Positions 38,288 through 47,644 of a DNA stretch of 64,000 nt are shown here, one piece after another (position 1 is the first letter of the stretch; each line of letters opens with the position of its first letter). Both the position numbers and the translations under genes were made by a program. Below the pieces are notes generated by a model that worked only from the letters and a program-made list of their open reading frames with translations, ran no database searches and had not been told where the DNA came from. The DNA comes from Ignavibacteriota bacterium (lineage in GTDB: Bacteria; Bacteroidota; Ignavibacteria; UBA10030), in contig OY969585.1 in NCBI GenBank assembly GCA_963701295.1, positions 2,272,001 through 2,336,000 of the forward strand, read 5' to 3'.

Positions 38288-38485
38288 ATGAAAGGAACGG
38301 GAATGTCAAAATTTCTGAAACGGTTGAAATCTATTGTCACACTCTTGAGAGAGTTTTGGTCGTTTATGCGTATGCAGAAAAAATGGTGGCTTGCTCCCCT
38401 CGTAGTTATCTTGATTCTCATGGGAATACTAATAATTTTAACAGAAGGTTCTGCACTTGCACCCTTTATTTATGCAATTTTTTAA
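38288..38485 (+). CDS. DUF5989 / SxtK-like single-TM microprotein
   Basis: EFWSFM...KKWWLAP-[TM]-EGSALAPFIYAIF*. Directly follows the carbamoyltransferase. Start may be the ATG at 38303. Confidence 0.78.
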   Translation: MKGTGMSKFLKRLKSIVTLLREFWSFMRMQKKWWLAPLVVILILMGILIILTEGSALAPFIYAIF

Positions 38486-38838
38486 TCTCTAAAAAGTAGT
38501 CGCTGGTATGATAGTGTCATTTTTTGAAAGAGCACTTCTTTCTTCATAACCGATCTTATGTTTGTATCATAGCGCATCGAATGAAAATTTTTAATGAACC
38601 ATAGAAAGACTTGATAAACAATATCCTAACCAATTGCCGAATATATTCTTGCTTAGTGGTTCTTAAATTGTCTATAGAAAATTAAGTAGATACCCACAGT
38701 GTTTCACCTTCAAGAGCTTAATCTCCAAAAGTAATCTTCTTCATGGTGGATTATCATGCCTGATAATAGGCCATTATTAACATAATAATCGCCTAAGTAT
38801 TGAATAGTATCCTTCATACGTAAAAGTTTATTTCTTTA

Positions 38839-38855
38839 TTTGGTACAGATGTTGT
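38839..38855 (+). promoter_or_regulatory. Candidate sigma-54-like element TTTGGTACAGATGTTGT
   Basis: 16/17 identical to 5574-5590. Lies 140 nt upstream of the OM barrel gene. Confidence 0.35.
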
Positions 38856-38994
38856 CTTAAGATCATTCAGTGTTTTTTCAAGTATACGAACGTATCACGT
38901 TTTCAATCTATGTTCATACCGAAAAAAGCCATGTATCAGCTGGCGGGAAAACTTATTGATTACATTTTCATAATCAGCTTGGAGGCAATAATAA

Positions 38995-39633
38995 ATGAAG
39001 GTTTTTGTCGCACTTATGGTGTTCTTTATAGTTCATGGTATTTCGATTTCCGATGCTCAACAACTCATACGAGCTTATGGCTTACAGGCAGGATACGTTA
39101 AAGCAGAGCAACGATGGGACTATACCCAACAATCTGGTTTGAATGCCTCTGGTATTGGTCCAATCTGGGGATTTGATGCAGGTGCATTTGCTGAATTCTT
39201 TCATTTTCCAAATTTCAGTTTATTGACTGAGGTAAACTATACCCAAAAGGGACGGACTTTAACCGTCATGGGAACTGAGATCGCTAATAACCCACAGGGT
39301 TACATTGACGTTGGTCCTCAAGAAATAAAACAGAGGTTTGAATATATCAGCATCCCTGTCCTTGCCAAGCTACGAATCGATGTGCCAACACTCGCTCCAT
39401 TTATCGCTGCAGGGCCAAGTTTTGAATACTTGATATCGTCTCCTTATTCAGATGTATTCAATAAAGCAGAATTCGGTTTGATGTTTTCCGCTGGTGTGGA
39501 ATTTTTTCTCGGTGTAACCCCCAAGCTATTGGCAGAATGCCGATACAGTCTAAGTCTTACAAATACATATAAGAATGAATTCGTAACGGTGGATAATCGC
39601 GTATTAGAGTTTCTATTGGGAGTGGCGTTTTGA
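38995..39633 (+). CDS. Small outer-membrane beta-barrel (porin family / PorT-like) protein
   Basis: GGAGG RBS and signal peptide. EVNYTQKG, YISIPVLAK, PFIAAGP, ECRYSL and terminal LLGVAF. Confidence 0.75.
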   Translation: MKVFVALMVFFIVHGISISDAQQLIRAYGLQAGYVKAEQRWDYTQQSGLNASGIGPIWGFDAGAFAEFFHFPNFSLLTEVNYTQKGRTLTVMGTEIANNPQGYIDVGPQEIKQRFEYISIPVLAKLRIDVPTLAPFIAAGPSFEYLISSPYSDVFNKAEFGLMFSAGVEFFLGVTPKLLAECRYSLSLTNTYKNEFVTVDNRVLEFLLGVAF

Positions 39634-39902
39634 ACGGCCTCGCTCTCTTTGCAAAGGAATGTCGCCAGCCAATCAGTACGTCAAGTTGACGCAATGAGCG
39701 TGGGTGTATTTTACATAGTGTGCAGAGGTTTGGTGCAGGCCTAAAGAAGAATTCTTGAAGGGGAAGTATTCACAAGATGGAATATCATCCATCATTGCCT
39801 CCCATTCATATAGGGAATGGATCCAGTCAAAACGCAGATTGAAGTATTTCCAATCTGGTAGTGAGTGATAAACGCATGAAGTGTTTTAGAAAAAAAAACA
39901 AT

Positions 39903-40901
39903 ATGGTACGCATCGAGGTAACGCTTGGCGTTGATATTGGTGGTACTAATACGGTTTTTGGCTATGTGGATCGAAAAGGGAGATGCCTTACTAGTGCAAC
40001 CATTCCAACCAATGCACATCAACCAGCTGAATTATTTTTTGAACGACTCCATGAAGGTGCTAAGGCACTTCTTGATAATATACATGAGAAGTGCGAACTG
40101 GTTGGAATTGGCATAGGTGCCCCCAATGCCAATTATTATAAAGGAACAATCGAGTGTCCACCAAATTTAAGTTGGGAGTATGTTGATGTCTTGGCAGAAA
40201 TGGGCAAGTATTATCACTTGCCAGTGGCGACAACAAATGATGCCAATGCAGCAGCACTTGGTGAAATGTTGTTTGGCGCTGCTCAGGGCATGAAGGATTT
40301 TATTGTTATAACGCTCGGAACCGGACTTGGTAGCGGTATTGTGGCAAATGGTGAATTGATCTATGGTGCGGATGGATATGCCGGAGAGATAGGACATACG
40401 ACGGTTGATCTGAAAGGACGGGAATGTGGATGTGGTCGTCGCGGCTGTCTTGAGACATATGTCTCTGCTACGGGTATGTGCCGGACAATACAGGATCTCA
40501 TTTGTAATACGAATGAACCAAGCGATCTTCGCTATGTTAGTTTTGAGAACCTAACATCGAAAATGATCTATGATGCAGCTCAACGCGGTGATCGATTGGC
40601 ACTAGAAGCATTCGATTATACAGGAAAAATTCTCGGTATAAAACTCGCAGACTCTGTGGCTCATTTGAGTCCAGAGGCTGTCATTTTCTTTGGTGGTCTA
40701 GCTTCAGCAGGCGATCTTATCTTCAAACCTACAAAGCAGTCGATGGAGGAACATCTTTTTGGAATTTTCAAGAACAAGGTGAAATTGCTTCCTTCAGGAT
40801 TAGCCGGAGGTAATACAGCAGTCCTCGGGGCGAGTGCGTTGATTTGGAATGACCTAAAAAAACACGAGATAAAGTTCGCTGCCAAAAAAAAATATCGATG
40901 A
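39903..40901 (+). CDS. ROK-family sugar kinase (glucokinase-like)
   Basis: LGVDIGGT, GIGIGAP, NDANAAALGE, TLGTGLGSG, GEIGH and Zn motif CGCGRRGCLE. Confidence 0.92.
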   Translation: MVRIEVTLGVDIGGTNTVFGYVDRKGRCLTSATIPTNAHQPAELFFERLHEGAKALLDNIHEKCELVGIGIGAPNANYYKGTIECPPNLSWEYVDVLAEMGKYYHLPVATTNDANAAALGEMLFGAAQGMKDFIVITLGTGLGSGIVANGELIYGADGYAGEIGHTTVDLKGRECGCGRRGCLETYVSATGMCRTIQDLICNTNEPSDLRYVSFENLTSKMIYDAAQRGDRLALEAFDYTGKILGIKLADSVAHLSPEAVIFFGGLASAGDLIFKPTKQSMEEHLFGIFKNKVKLLPSGLAGGNTAVLGASALIWNDLKKHEIKFAAKKKYR

Positions 40902-41466
40902 ATGATTTCTCAGAATCGACTCTTTCCACACTTTGAAATTCAATGAATGTTTTGGATGTGTTGTTGATAAAAGCTTGCGCCTATTTCTGTTACCTTTACG
41001 CATCCTCCGGAATTCGATATTGACTATTACGAGGGAAACCTATTTTATGAATGTGATGCGGTTGAAATATGTCTTTTCTGGTCTTTCTAAGAAGAGTAAC
41101 TTCTTGCCGATGAGATTTAAGAGTCTATGAAGGACTCTTGTTTAAATCTCAAATGCTTTTTTGTGAATATCTTACAGGTGGATAGAAGAGAGAATCAGAG
41201 ACAAAACATTTAAGATCGGTATTTGTCTCATATGCTTCATGAAGTTTGCCAATTGCATCAATTCAATGTGTTGACTTTAGAAGTCTGACCTGTCCTTTTA
41301 CATTTTTGGACACAATTTCACTCAAATTAAATTTAGTCAATGCCATTGGAACGGTTTGAACAGGGAAGGTATAATCCGCCTCTCAATATGAATAATTCGC
41401 TGAAAAATGAAGAGTAGGAGTAAAACAAGAACTAGGAAGCTTGCGAGCAGTTTAGGTTATAAAAAC

Positions 41467-41495
41467 AAAACGAGGGTCACAAAAACCCTCGTTTT
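41467..41495 (-). terminator. Terminator downstream of tRNA-Asp
   Basis: AAAACGAGGGT...ACCCTCGTTTT inverted repeat with T-rich tails, immediately 3' of the tRNA. Confidence 0.7.
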
Positions 41496-41498
41496 CAG

Positions 41499-41573
41499 CG
41501 GGGCCGACGAGACTCGAACTCGCGACCTCCTGCGTGACAGGCAGGCGCTCTAACCAAGCTGAGCTACGACCCC
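41499..41573 (-). tRNA. tRNA-Asp(GTC), CCA not encoded
   Basis: Reverse complement GGGGTCGTAGCTCAGCTTGGTTAGAGCGCCTGCCTGTCACGCAGGAGGTCGCGAGTTCGAGTCTCGTCGGCCCCG forms a cloverleaf with anticodon GTC. Confidence 0.97.
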
Positions 41574-41667
41574 AGATGATTTCTGCTTATTCTCGCCAAT
41601 TTTTCCTTGATACTGATTACTTCCTTAGAATGTGTAAGGTGAACTGTTAGGTGCTTAATCGACTTTT

Positions 41668-41698
41668 CAAATATAGCAAAAATCATCTCTAGGTGCAA
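41668..41698 (-). promoter_or_regulatory. Probable promoter of tRNA-Asp
   Basis: On the minus strand TTGCAC, 17 nt, TATATTTG (also fits the Bacteroidota-type TAnnTTTG box), about 95 nt upstream of the tRNA. Confidence 0.5.
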
Positions 41699-41839
41699 TG
41701 GGTAACAAACCAATAAATGAATTATAAAATTCATGAATTGATGCAATTCAAGATAATAACTTAAACCTGAATATTTAGAAAATTTGTACTCATCGGAAGA
41801 TGAAGTCACTCTCTGGCGAGACCGATTGACATACATTAC

Positions 41840-44050
41840 TCATCGATCGACGATTGACAGACTGTGAATTCCCGATGGTCCCAACACAATAACGTACTTC
41901 TCATTTTGTATGATAGGAAGGTCAACCACAGCACCATCTAGCACCATCACTGCAGGTCGTCTACTCAATGTAAGTGCGCAGCGTGCGGGTGATGTGTACT
42001 TCACTCTCAGGCTATCTCCTTCTTGATGGCACTCCAGAAGTTCATCCGAAATTGAAACTAATTGGATCCTGGTTTCCTGAATGTGAGTTGTGTCATTCAT
42101 TTTTCGGAAACCCAGCGTATGCTTCCCCTGTGGAATCAGAATGCCTTCCCGACCATAACACATCCATGGTTCCCCGTCTAAAAAGAATCGGCCCTTCATT
42201 TGCACAGAGGTGAGTGTCACGGTGTAGGGGGTGTTGATGAGCAATTCCGAACCATCCTTTTGGATGTCAACCTTGGCGGCCATTGCATATGGAAGAATCT
42301 CCCAGTCATGGCTGAACATGGTAGACTCAGAATAGAAGCACACTCGTGAACTCTGATCAGCCGCTGCCTCCCAAAGCTGGAAGATCTCAGAACCGGTTGG
42401 TTGTGAAATCGAGTAGCCTTTCTGTTCAGGTGAATGCACAGGCACAACATTGATGTCAATGATGAACGGATGATCTCCGAGAAACCGATGATAAGTCTTT
42501 CCTAACCTGGAATAACGCTCGGGCGGTTTGGTCCACTCCATGTAAGGGTCTTCAACCTGCAATGACATTGTATACTCTTTTACCAGTTCGAGTATGCTGT
42601 GCAAATCATAACCCAATAGTTGATTGAACTCAGGGTGAAGTGAATTATCTGTGATGGTAAGAATCATTTCCCAGTTGCGTTTTCGTGTCGTATTGAGACT
42701 ATCAAGATCATGCACAATTTGCCTCAATAAACTATTGTTCACCTTAACCCTGTACCGATAAAAAGTATTGAGCGCGGCGGAGTCTTTTTTCCAATAATGA
42801 CAATTGGTTGTATCGAACAATTCAATTTGATCAAAGCCATGAAGTTGCTTAAATTCGGCACGAGCAGTCAGACTGAAGCCTGTAAAGTATTCAGGTCGAG
42901 GAGGTCCTTCAAGAGCCTGCGAACCTACTCCTGTAATTGAAAACTCAGCGATATCAATACCATCCCAGTCGTTCTCAAGCAATAGTCCGAGATCATTCAT
43001 AGCGGCCTGCATGCAAAGCGGGTTCTGAAAGTCCATTAAATAGAGAAAATCCAGATGCGCATCTTGGAGCAGGGCGTTCTTTTGACGCCATTCAGGATGA
43101 ATATCCCAAAACTTCCTTCCGACGTAAGGCCATTCGAGCCAGGCATAGACAAGAATTCCATTCTGATGTGAAACTTTGATCAGACGAGCATAATCGTAAG
43201 GAGTTTTATTATAAAAATACCATACTGCTGCATGGATTGCACGAATGCCCCAATGTCGCCACTGCCGTGCCAGTGTTTCGATCGGAAGATTATATCGATA
43301 ACCTGGGTCAAAATAAGCATCTGCTCCCTGTCGTCGAAAGGCAGGCTTTCGATGCAACACCTTAACAATAAAATAAGGAAAATCTGCAAAGCGCGCATAT
43401 CCTTTCCCTGAAATGGGGTCAAACAGCGGGGCAAAATAAATACAGCGCCCTTTGCCAAAACGTTTGGTAATGACCAACGGATAATCATTGTTGCGATCTG
43501 AAATGAGGATATCCCTCTTCCGCTTAGAAATATTTTCGATCCAGGCAACCCGCGGTGTATCCGCCCAGTGGGGCTTGAGTTCTGGAAGGACATGATCAAC
43601 AAGATCAGCAATAGGCACAGGCTCTCTCAGTTGAAAGCCCATCGCTCGTGAGAGGCCACTCTCTCCATCCGTGATCACGGTGAGGCCGAGTTGCAGGCTC
43701 TTCATAATTGCCTTGACATTATTTGCGGACAACGATCGGGCGGAACTGTGCGGAACAATAAGCAAAGTATTTGGTCCGAGCAGGTGATTCGTTAGATCGC
43801 CAGGATCTCTGCGAATAGTCTTAAAGCCGGAACTCTCCAGGGTGGTAAAGAAACTCTCCTGGTCGATCGCATCTTCATTGAGGGCCTTCGAATTCCACAG
43901 GAGAACATTTTCCGAAACGCCTTCAGGAAATTCTTGTGAATAGGCTGTATGATTGAAATAAATAATCAATAGGTAAAAGAAAACAATCTTCCATATCCAT
44001 ACAGAACAGCGGCGTTGGTATTTTTTCTGAAGAGACTTTTTTTCGGCCAT
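41840..44050 (-). CDS. Exported hypothetical protein, probable glycoside-hydrolase-like TIM-barrel domain
   Basis: 736-aa ORF with signal peptide (..HTAYSQ). GIRAIH...YDYARLIK.SHQNGILVYAWL, HPEWRQ, MDFQNP and WDGIDIAE resemble GHL10/GH-like barrels. Family uncertain. Confidence 0.5.
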   Translation of the reverse strand: MAEKKSLQKKYQRRCSVWIWKIVFFYLLIIYFNHTAYSQEFPEGVSENVLLWNSKALNEDAIDQESFFTTLESSGFKTIRRDPGDLTNHLLGPNTLLIVPHSSARSLSANNVKAIMKSLQLGLTVITDGESGLSRAMGFQLREPVPIADLVDHVLPELKPHWADTPRVAWIENISKRKRDILISDRNNDYPLVITKRFGKGRCIYFAPLFDPISGKGYARFADFPYFIVKVLHRKPAFRRQGADAYFDPGYRYNLPIETLARQWRHWGIRAIHAAVWYFYNKTPYDYARLIKVSHQNGILVYAWLEWPYVGRKFWDIHPEWRQKNALLQDAHLDFLYLMDFQNPLCMQAAMNDLGLLLENDWDGIDIAEFSITGVGSQALEGPPRPEYFTGFSLTARAEFKQLHGFDQIELFDTTNCHYWKKDSAALNTFYRYRVKVNNSLLRQIVHDLDSLNTTRKRNWEMILTITDNSLHPEFNQLLGYDLHSILELVKEYTMSLQVEDPYMEWTKPPERYSRLGKTYHRFLGDHPFIIDINVVPVHSPEQKGYSISQPTGSEIFQLWEAAADQSSRVCFYSESTMFSHDWEILPYAMAAKVDIQKDGSELLINTPYTVTLTSVQMKGRFFLDGEPWMCYGREGILIPQGKHTLGFRKMNDTTHIQETRIQLVSISDELLECHQEGDSLRVKYTSPARCALTLSRRPAVMVLDGAVVDLPIIQNEKYVIVLGPSGIHSLSIVDR

Positions 44051-44469
44051 CGCAATATTATTTCAAAGTATATTATAACAAAACAGGGTTGAAAATAAGA
44101 GCTAGAACTCGAGATATTCTTTTTGTAGAAAGGAATGAAAATATACGACAAGAATCAATCCATGGCTTCGTGATTCGAAAGTGTATCGTTTCTGAATCTA
44201 GTATACAAAATGAGGGTCGAAAGTAAGTAGGGTTAATAATAGAAAAATCGCAATTGACCTGCCTCCAAGATATGTGCGAATGATAAATTAGTAATTTCCA
44301 GAGAAGTAAGCAGTTTTCGATGGAGCTTTTAACCATTTGTTTCTCCTTTATACATAATATACTTTTTACTATGTTAAAGATAAATCACTTTTTAGGTGGC
44401 ATGTCAGACGAGAGGGAATTTTCGATTTTGAAGTGTTATCGCTGTCTTTGATGTGCTGGCTGTATCCGT

Positions 44470-44508
44470 TGACAGGCAGGTGCTCTAACCAAGCTGCGCT
44501 ACGACTCC
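44470..44508 (-). repeat. Degenerate copy of the 5' half of tRNA-Asp (acceptor 5' strand to anticodon loop)
   Basis: Minus strand reads GGAGTCGTAGCGCAGCTTGGTTAGAGCACCTGCCTGTCA, 3 mismatches versus the intact gene. The match stops in the anticodon loop. Confidence 0.85.
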
Positions 44509-44980
44509 ATCAATATAAAACCATACAGATTTAACGCATAATGTTTAGCGAAACAAGAGTATTCTATTAGTCAGAAAAATAATTCTTTGAAAGAATTGCC
44601 ATTTTTAGGTCTTAAGTAATAATTCTTGGATTTTCCCATCCAATAAAGAATTGAAATCGCCATCTATCAATAAAGTCAAAAAGATTTTCATGAATGAAAT
44701 GAGTCCAGAAATTGAAATGTTCATTCAGATTGTTGCAGTAAAAAATGTCAATGTCTGACAAGTTAGTGTTTTACCTCTAAAAGTGCGTCTAATGTCGATT
44801 AAGAAACATATTGAAAACATTGAGGGAAATGAATATTTGTGTTGACATTTGAATGAAAAACCCCAATATTTCGACAACATTTCTATGATATCGGAAAGGG
44901 GCGAGCATACGTTCTCCCTTATCTAATCAGTAGATAAAAAAATAATTCACAAATAATTCACCATTCATAGAGGGACTTTT

Positions 44981-45268
44981 ATGGGAAAAGCAATGACGAA
45001 AAGCCAGATTGCAGCTCATCTTGCAAGCAAGTTTGAGTTGAAGAAAAAAGATGCTGTTGGCATTTTGGAAGAAATTGCGAACCTGGCATACCGAGAAGCA
45101 AAAAATTCTTTTACTCTGCCGGGCATCGGTAAATTAGTTTTAGTTGATCGAAAGGCCCGTATTGGACGAAATCCAGCCACTGGAGAACAAATTAATATTC
45201 CTGCAAAGACAGTTGTTAAGTTCCGTGTTGCGAAGGCTGCAAAAGAAGCAGTTCTGAGCCAGAAGTAA
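44981..45268 (+). CDS. hup: HU-family DNA-binding protein
   Basis: MTKSQI...FTLPGIGKL....RKARIGRNPATGEQINIPAKTVVKFR. Confidence 0.92.
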   Translation: MGKAMTKSQIAAHLASKFELKKKDAVGILEEIANLAYREAKNSFTLPGIGKLVLVDRKARIGRNPATGEQINIPAKTVVKFRVAKAAKEAVLSQK

Positions 45269-45290
45269 AGTACAGTTCAAATATGCATTG

Positions 45291-45327
45291 AAAGGCGTCG
45301 AGATAAAAACTCTTGACGCCTTTTTTT
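45291..45327 (+). terminator. Rho-independent terminator after HU
   Basis: AAAGGCGTCGAGA...TCTTGACGCC stem followed by T7. Confidence 0.8.
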
Positions 45328-45411
45328 CTGTTTTATTTTTTGAGATCTCTTGTACATGATCTGCAAAATATATACGCTGGCGAAGTATGTGACAGAAGAA
45401 GGGATCGACAC

Positions 45412-47644
45412 ATGATAGACATATATCCCAAGACTGGGAAGACTCTTTATCTCAATATCATCTGGCATCAGCACCAACCGTTATATCTCGATCCGGAATC
45501 CGATCAATTGCAAGGACCGTGGGTGCGTACGCATGGGACTAAGGATTATTATGATATGACGGCGATACTTGAGAAATACCCCAATATTCATTTCACAGTT
45601 AATTTGACCTCTTCCTTATTGTTACAACTGCAGGTGTATTACGTTGAGCGTTTGGCTCCATTTGTAGATATGAAAAATAATCGTATAGATGCAAAGAAGT
45701 ACTTCATGCAATTTGCTGGCAAAACCGATCCGTGGATTGATCTTGCGCTCAAACCGACAGGGCAGTTCAATGAAAAAGATTTAAAATTTCTTTTCACGAA
45801 TAGTTGGAATGCATTTGGTGTAAATGAAATTGTCATTGCGAGATTTCCTGAATACAAACTGCTGAGAGAAAAATATGTTCAAAGTGGAGTCAAGGGAATG
45901 TCTCAGCAGGATATTCGTGAAGTCAAATATTGGTTTTATCTTGCTTTATTCGATCCTGATTTTCTTGAGCGGCCACAGAAGTTGGCAACCGGTGCAATAA
46001 TGAATCTCACAGACATCATCCAGAAGAATATGGATGGAACATACACGTTGAAGAAAACGGTTACAGAAGAAGAATGTAATCGTATCATTGCTGAAATGTA
46101 CAAGGTTCTCTCAGCGATTGTACCCATTCACAAGAAGCTGATGTATCGTCCAGCCAAGTGCAAAGGTCAGATTGAGATTCTCACAACACCGTATTATCAT
46201 CCCATCCTTCCGTTGATTTATGATTCAGACCTGGCGTTACTTTGTCAACCAAGCCAGACAATGCCGGCGCGTTACCATTTCCCTAAAGATGCCGAAGCGC
46301 AGATAGCGAAAGCTGTACGAGCATATAAAAAAACATTTGGAATGAATCCAACGGGTATGTGGCCAGGCGAAGGTGCAGTAGCACATGATGTAATTCAGGT
46401 TTTTGCACATCAAGGAATCAAATGGATAGCAACAGACCAAAAGATATTAGAACGGTCAAAACCGGGAGATCAGCCTTGCTTCTATCCCTATGCAGTTTTC
46501 CCTGAACATGGCTCGAAAGAAAAAGATGCAGTCGTAGTTGTGTTTCGAGAAACAGAATTATCCGACAAGATTGGATTTGTTTATAAAAACTATCGAGGTG
46601 AGGATGCCGCAGAAGATTTTATCCAAAATGTTTTGAAATATATTCCTCACGAGGACGAACCAGATCGGTTGCTTACAGTCATTCTTGACGGAGAAAATGC
46701 CTGGGAATGGTATGAGTATGACAATGATGGAAAAAACTTCCAAAATGCACTCTACCGGAAACTTACCGCTTTATTTGAAACGCGGCAGGTAATAACAACG
46801 ACCGTTACTGAATACATCAATGGTAATCCCAATCGCATGATACCAGCGCATCCCATTGAGACGCTTCAAAGGATTGAATGGTTGTGGCCCGGTTCTTGGA
46901 TCAACGCAAATTATGATACCTGGATCGGTCAGGATGAAAAGAATAAAGCCTGGGAATACCTTTCTCTTGCACGAAATGATTTGGAAGCTTCAGGACTTCC
47001 TCAACCCGATTCGAAGAAACAGCCCCCAAGGGAAAAGACCAAAGCGTGGTATGCATTCCGCGCATGGGAATCTGATGTACGCAGCTGAAGGATCGGATTG
47101 GTTCTGGTGGTACGGGACTGAACAGAATACTCCTGCGGGCGAAAAACCATTTGATCTTGCCTATATCACACACTTGAAAAATATTTACAAATTTGCAGAA
47201 CTTGCCGGCGGCAAAATGCCAAAGCGTGAATTCAAACCCCTTATTTCCATCAGTGCTCAGAAGGTTGTACGCCACTCTCAGGATACAATGGCACAAAGTC
47301 AGCGTGATTTTGTTACAGTAGTATTTCAGTGTGATGCACGTGGAATGTATATCCGAACGTCTCTTTATCTTGTTGGAAATCATGAAGAATTGGGAAACTG
47401 GATTCCGAACAAAGTGCGATTATACGATGATGGTACTCATGGCGATAAAGTTGCAGGTGACAACATCTGGACAATTGAGCTTGCCCTACCGATGGGTGCC
47501 GAGATAGAATATAAATTCACAAATAGCGGGGCCGAAGGAAACTGGAATCCCGGTGAAGAATTTCCAGGAATTAATCGGAAGATACAAGTCGAAAGAACAG
47601 AAGCAGGAAAGATGCTCTTGCTCGATGTTTTTGGAAAGAAGTGA
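45412..47644 (+). pseudogene. GH57 amylopullulanase-like enzyme with C-terminal CBM20-like domain, split by a +1 frameshift near 47073 (could be an assembly error)
   Basis: WHQHQPLY, PWVRTH..KDYY, TPYYHPILPL, GMWPGEGAV, VILDGENAWE and GSWIN. Removing one base in TCTGATG (47071-47077) joins WES to MYAAEGSDWFWWYG. C-terminal LYLVGNHEELGNW..N...LYDDG...EYKF. Confidence 0.8.

Larger units (their letters stand above)
41574..44508 (-). mobile_element. Integrase-less genomic islet remnant bounded by direct repeats of the tRNA-Asp 5' half
   Basis: 44470-44508 matches tRNA positions 41535-41573 at 36/39 nt. Contains a single large minus-strand gene. Confidence 0.55.

Noticed and set aside
36285-38485. 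Saxitoxin biosynthesis
   Set aside because: Only sxtI/J/K-like genes are present. There is no sxtA, sxtG or other core gene, and these families occur widely outside toxin producers.
39660-39745. GCCAATCAGTACGTCAAGTTGACG after the OM barrel gene, faintly like the left half of an integron attC
   Set aside because: No RYYYAAC/GTTRRRY pair or complementary right half is discernible, and there is no integrase or second cassette.
1113-41498. Whole sugar locus as an island integrated at the tRNA-Asp 3' end
   Set aside because: The position is suggestive, but I found no 3' tRNA repeat and no integrase in the window. The other boundary could lie outside it.
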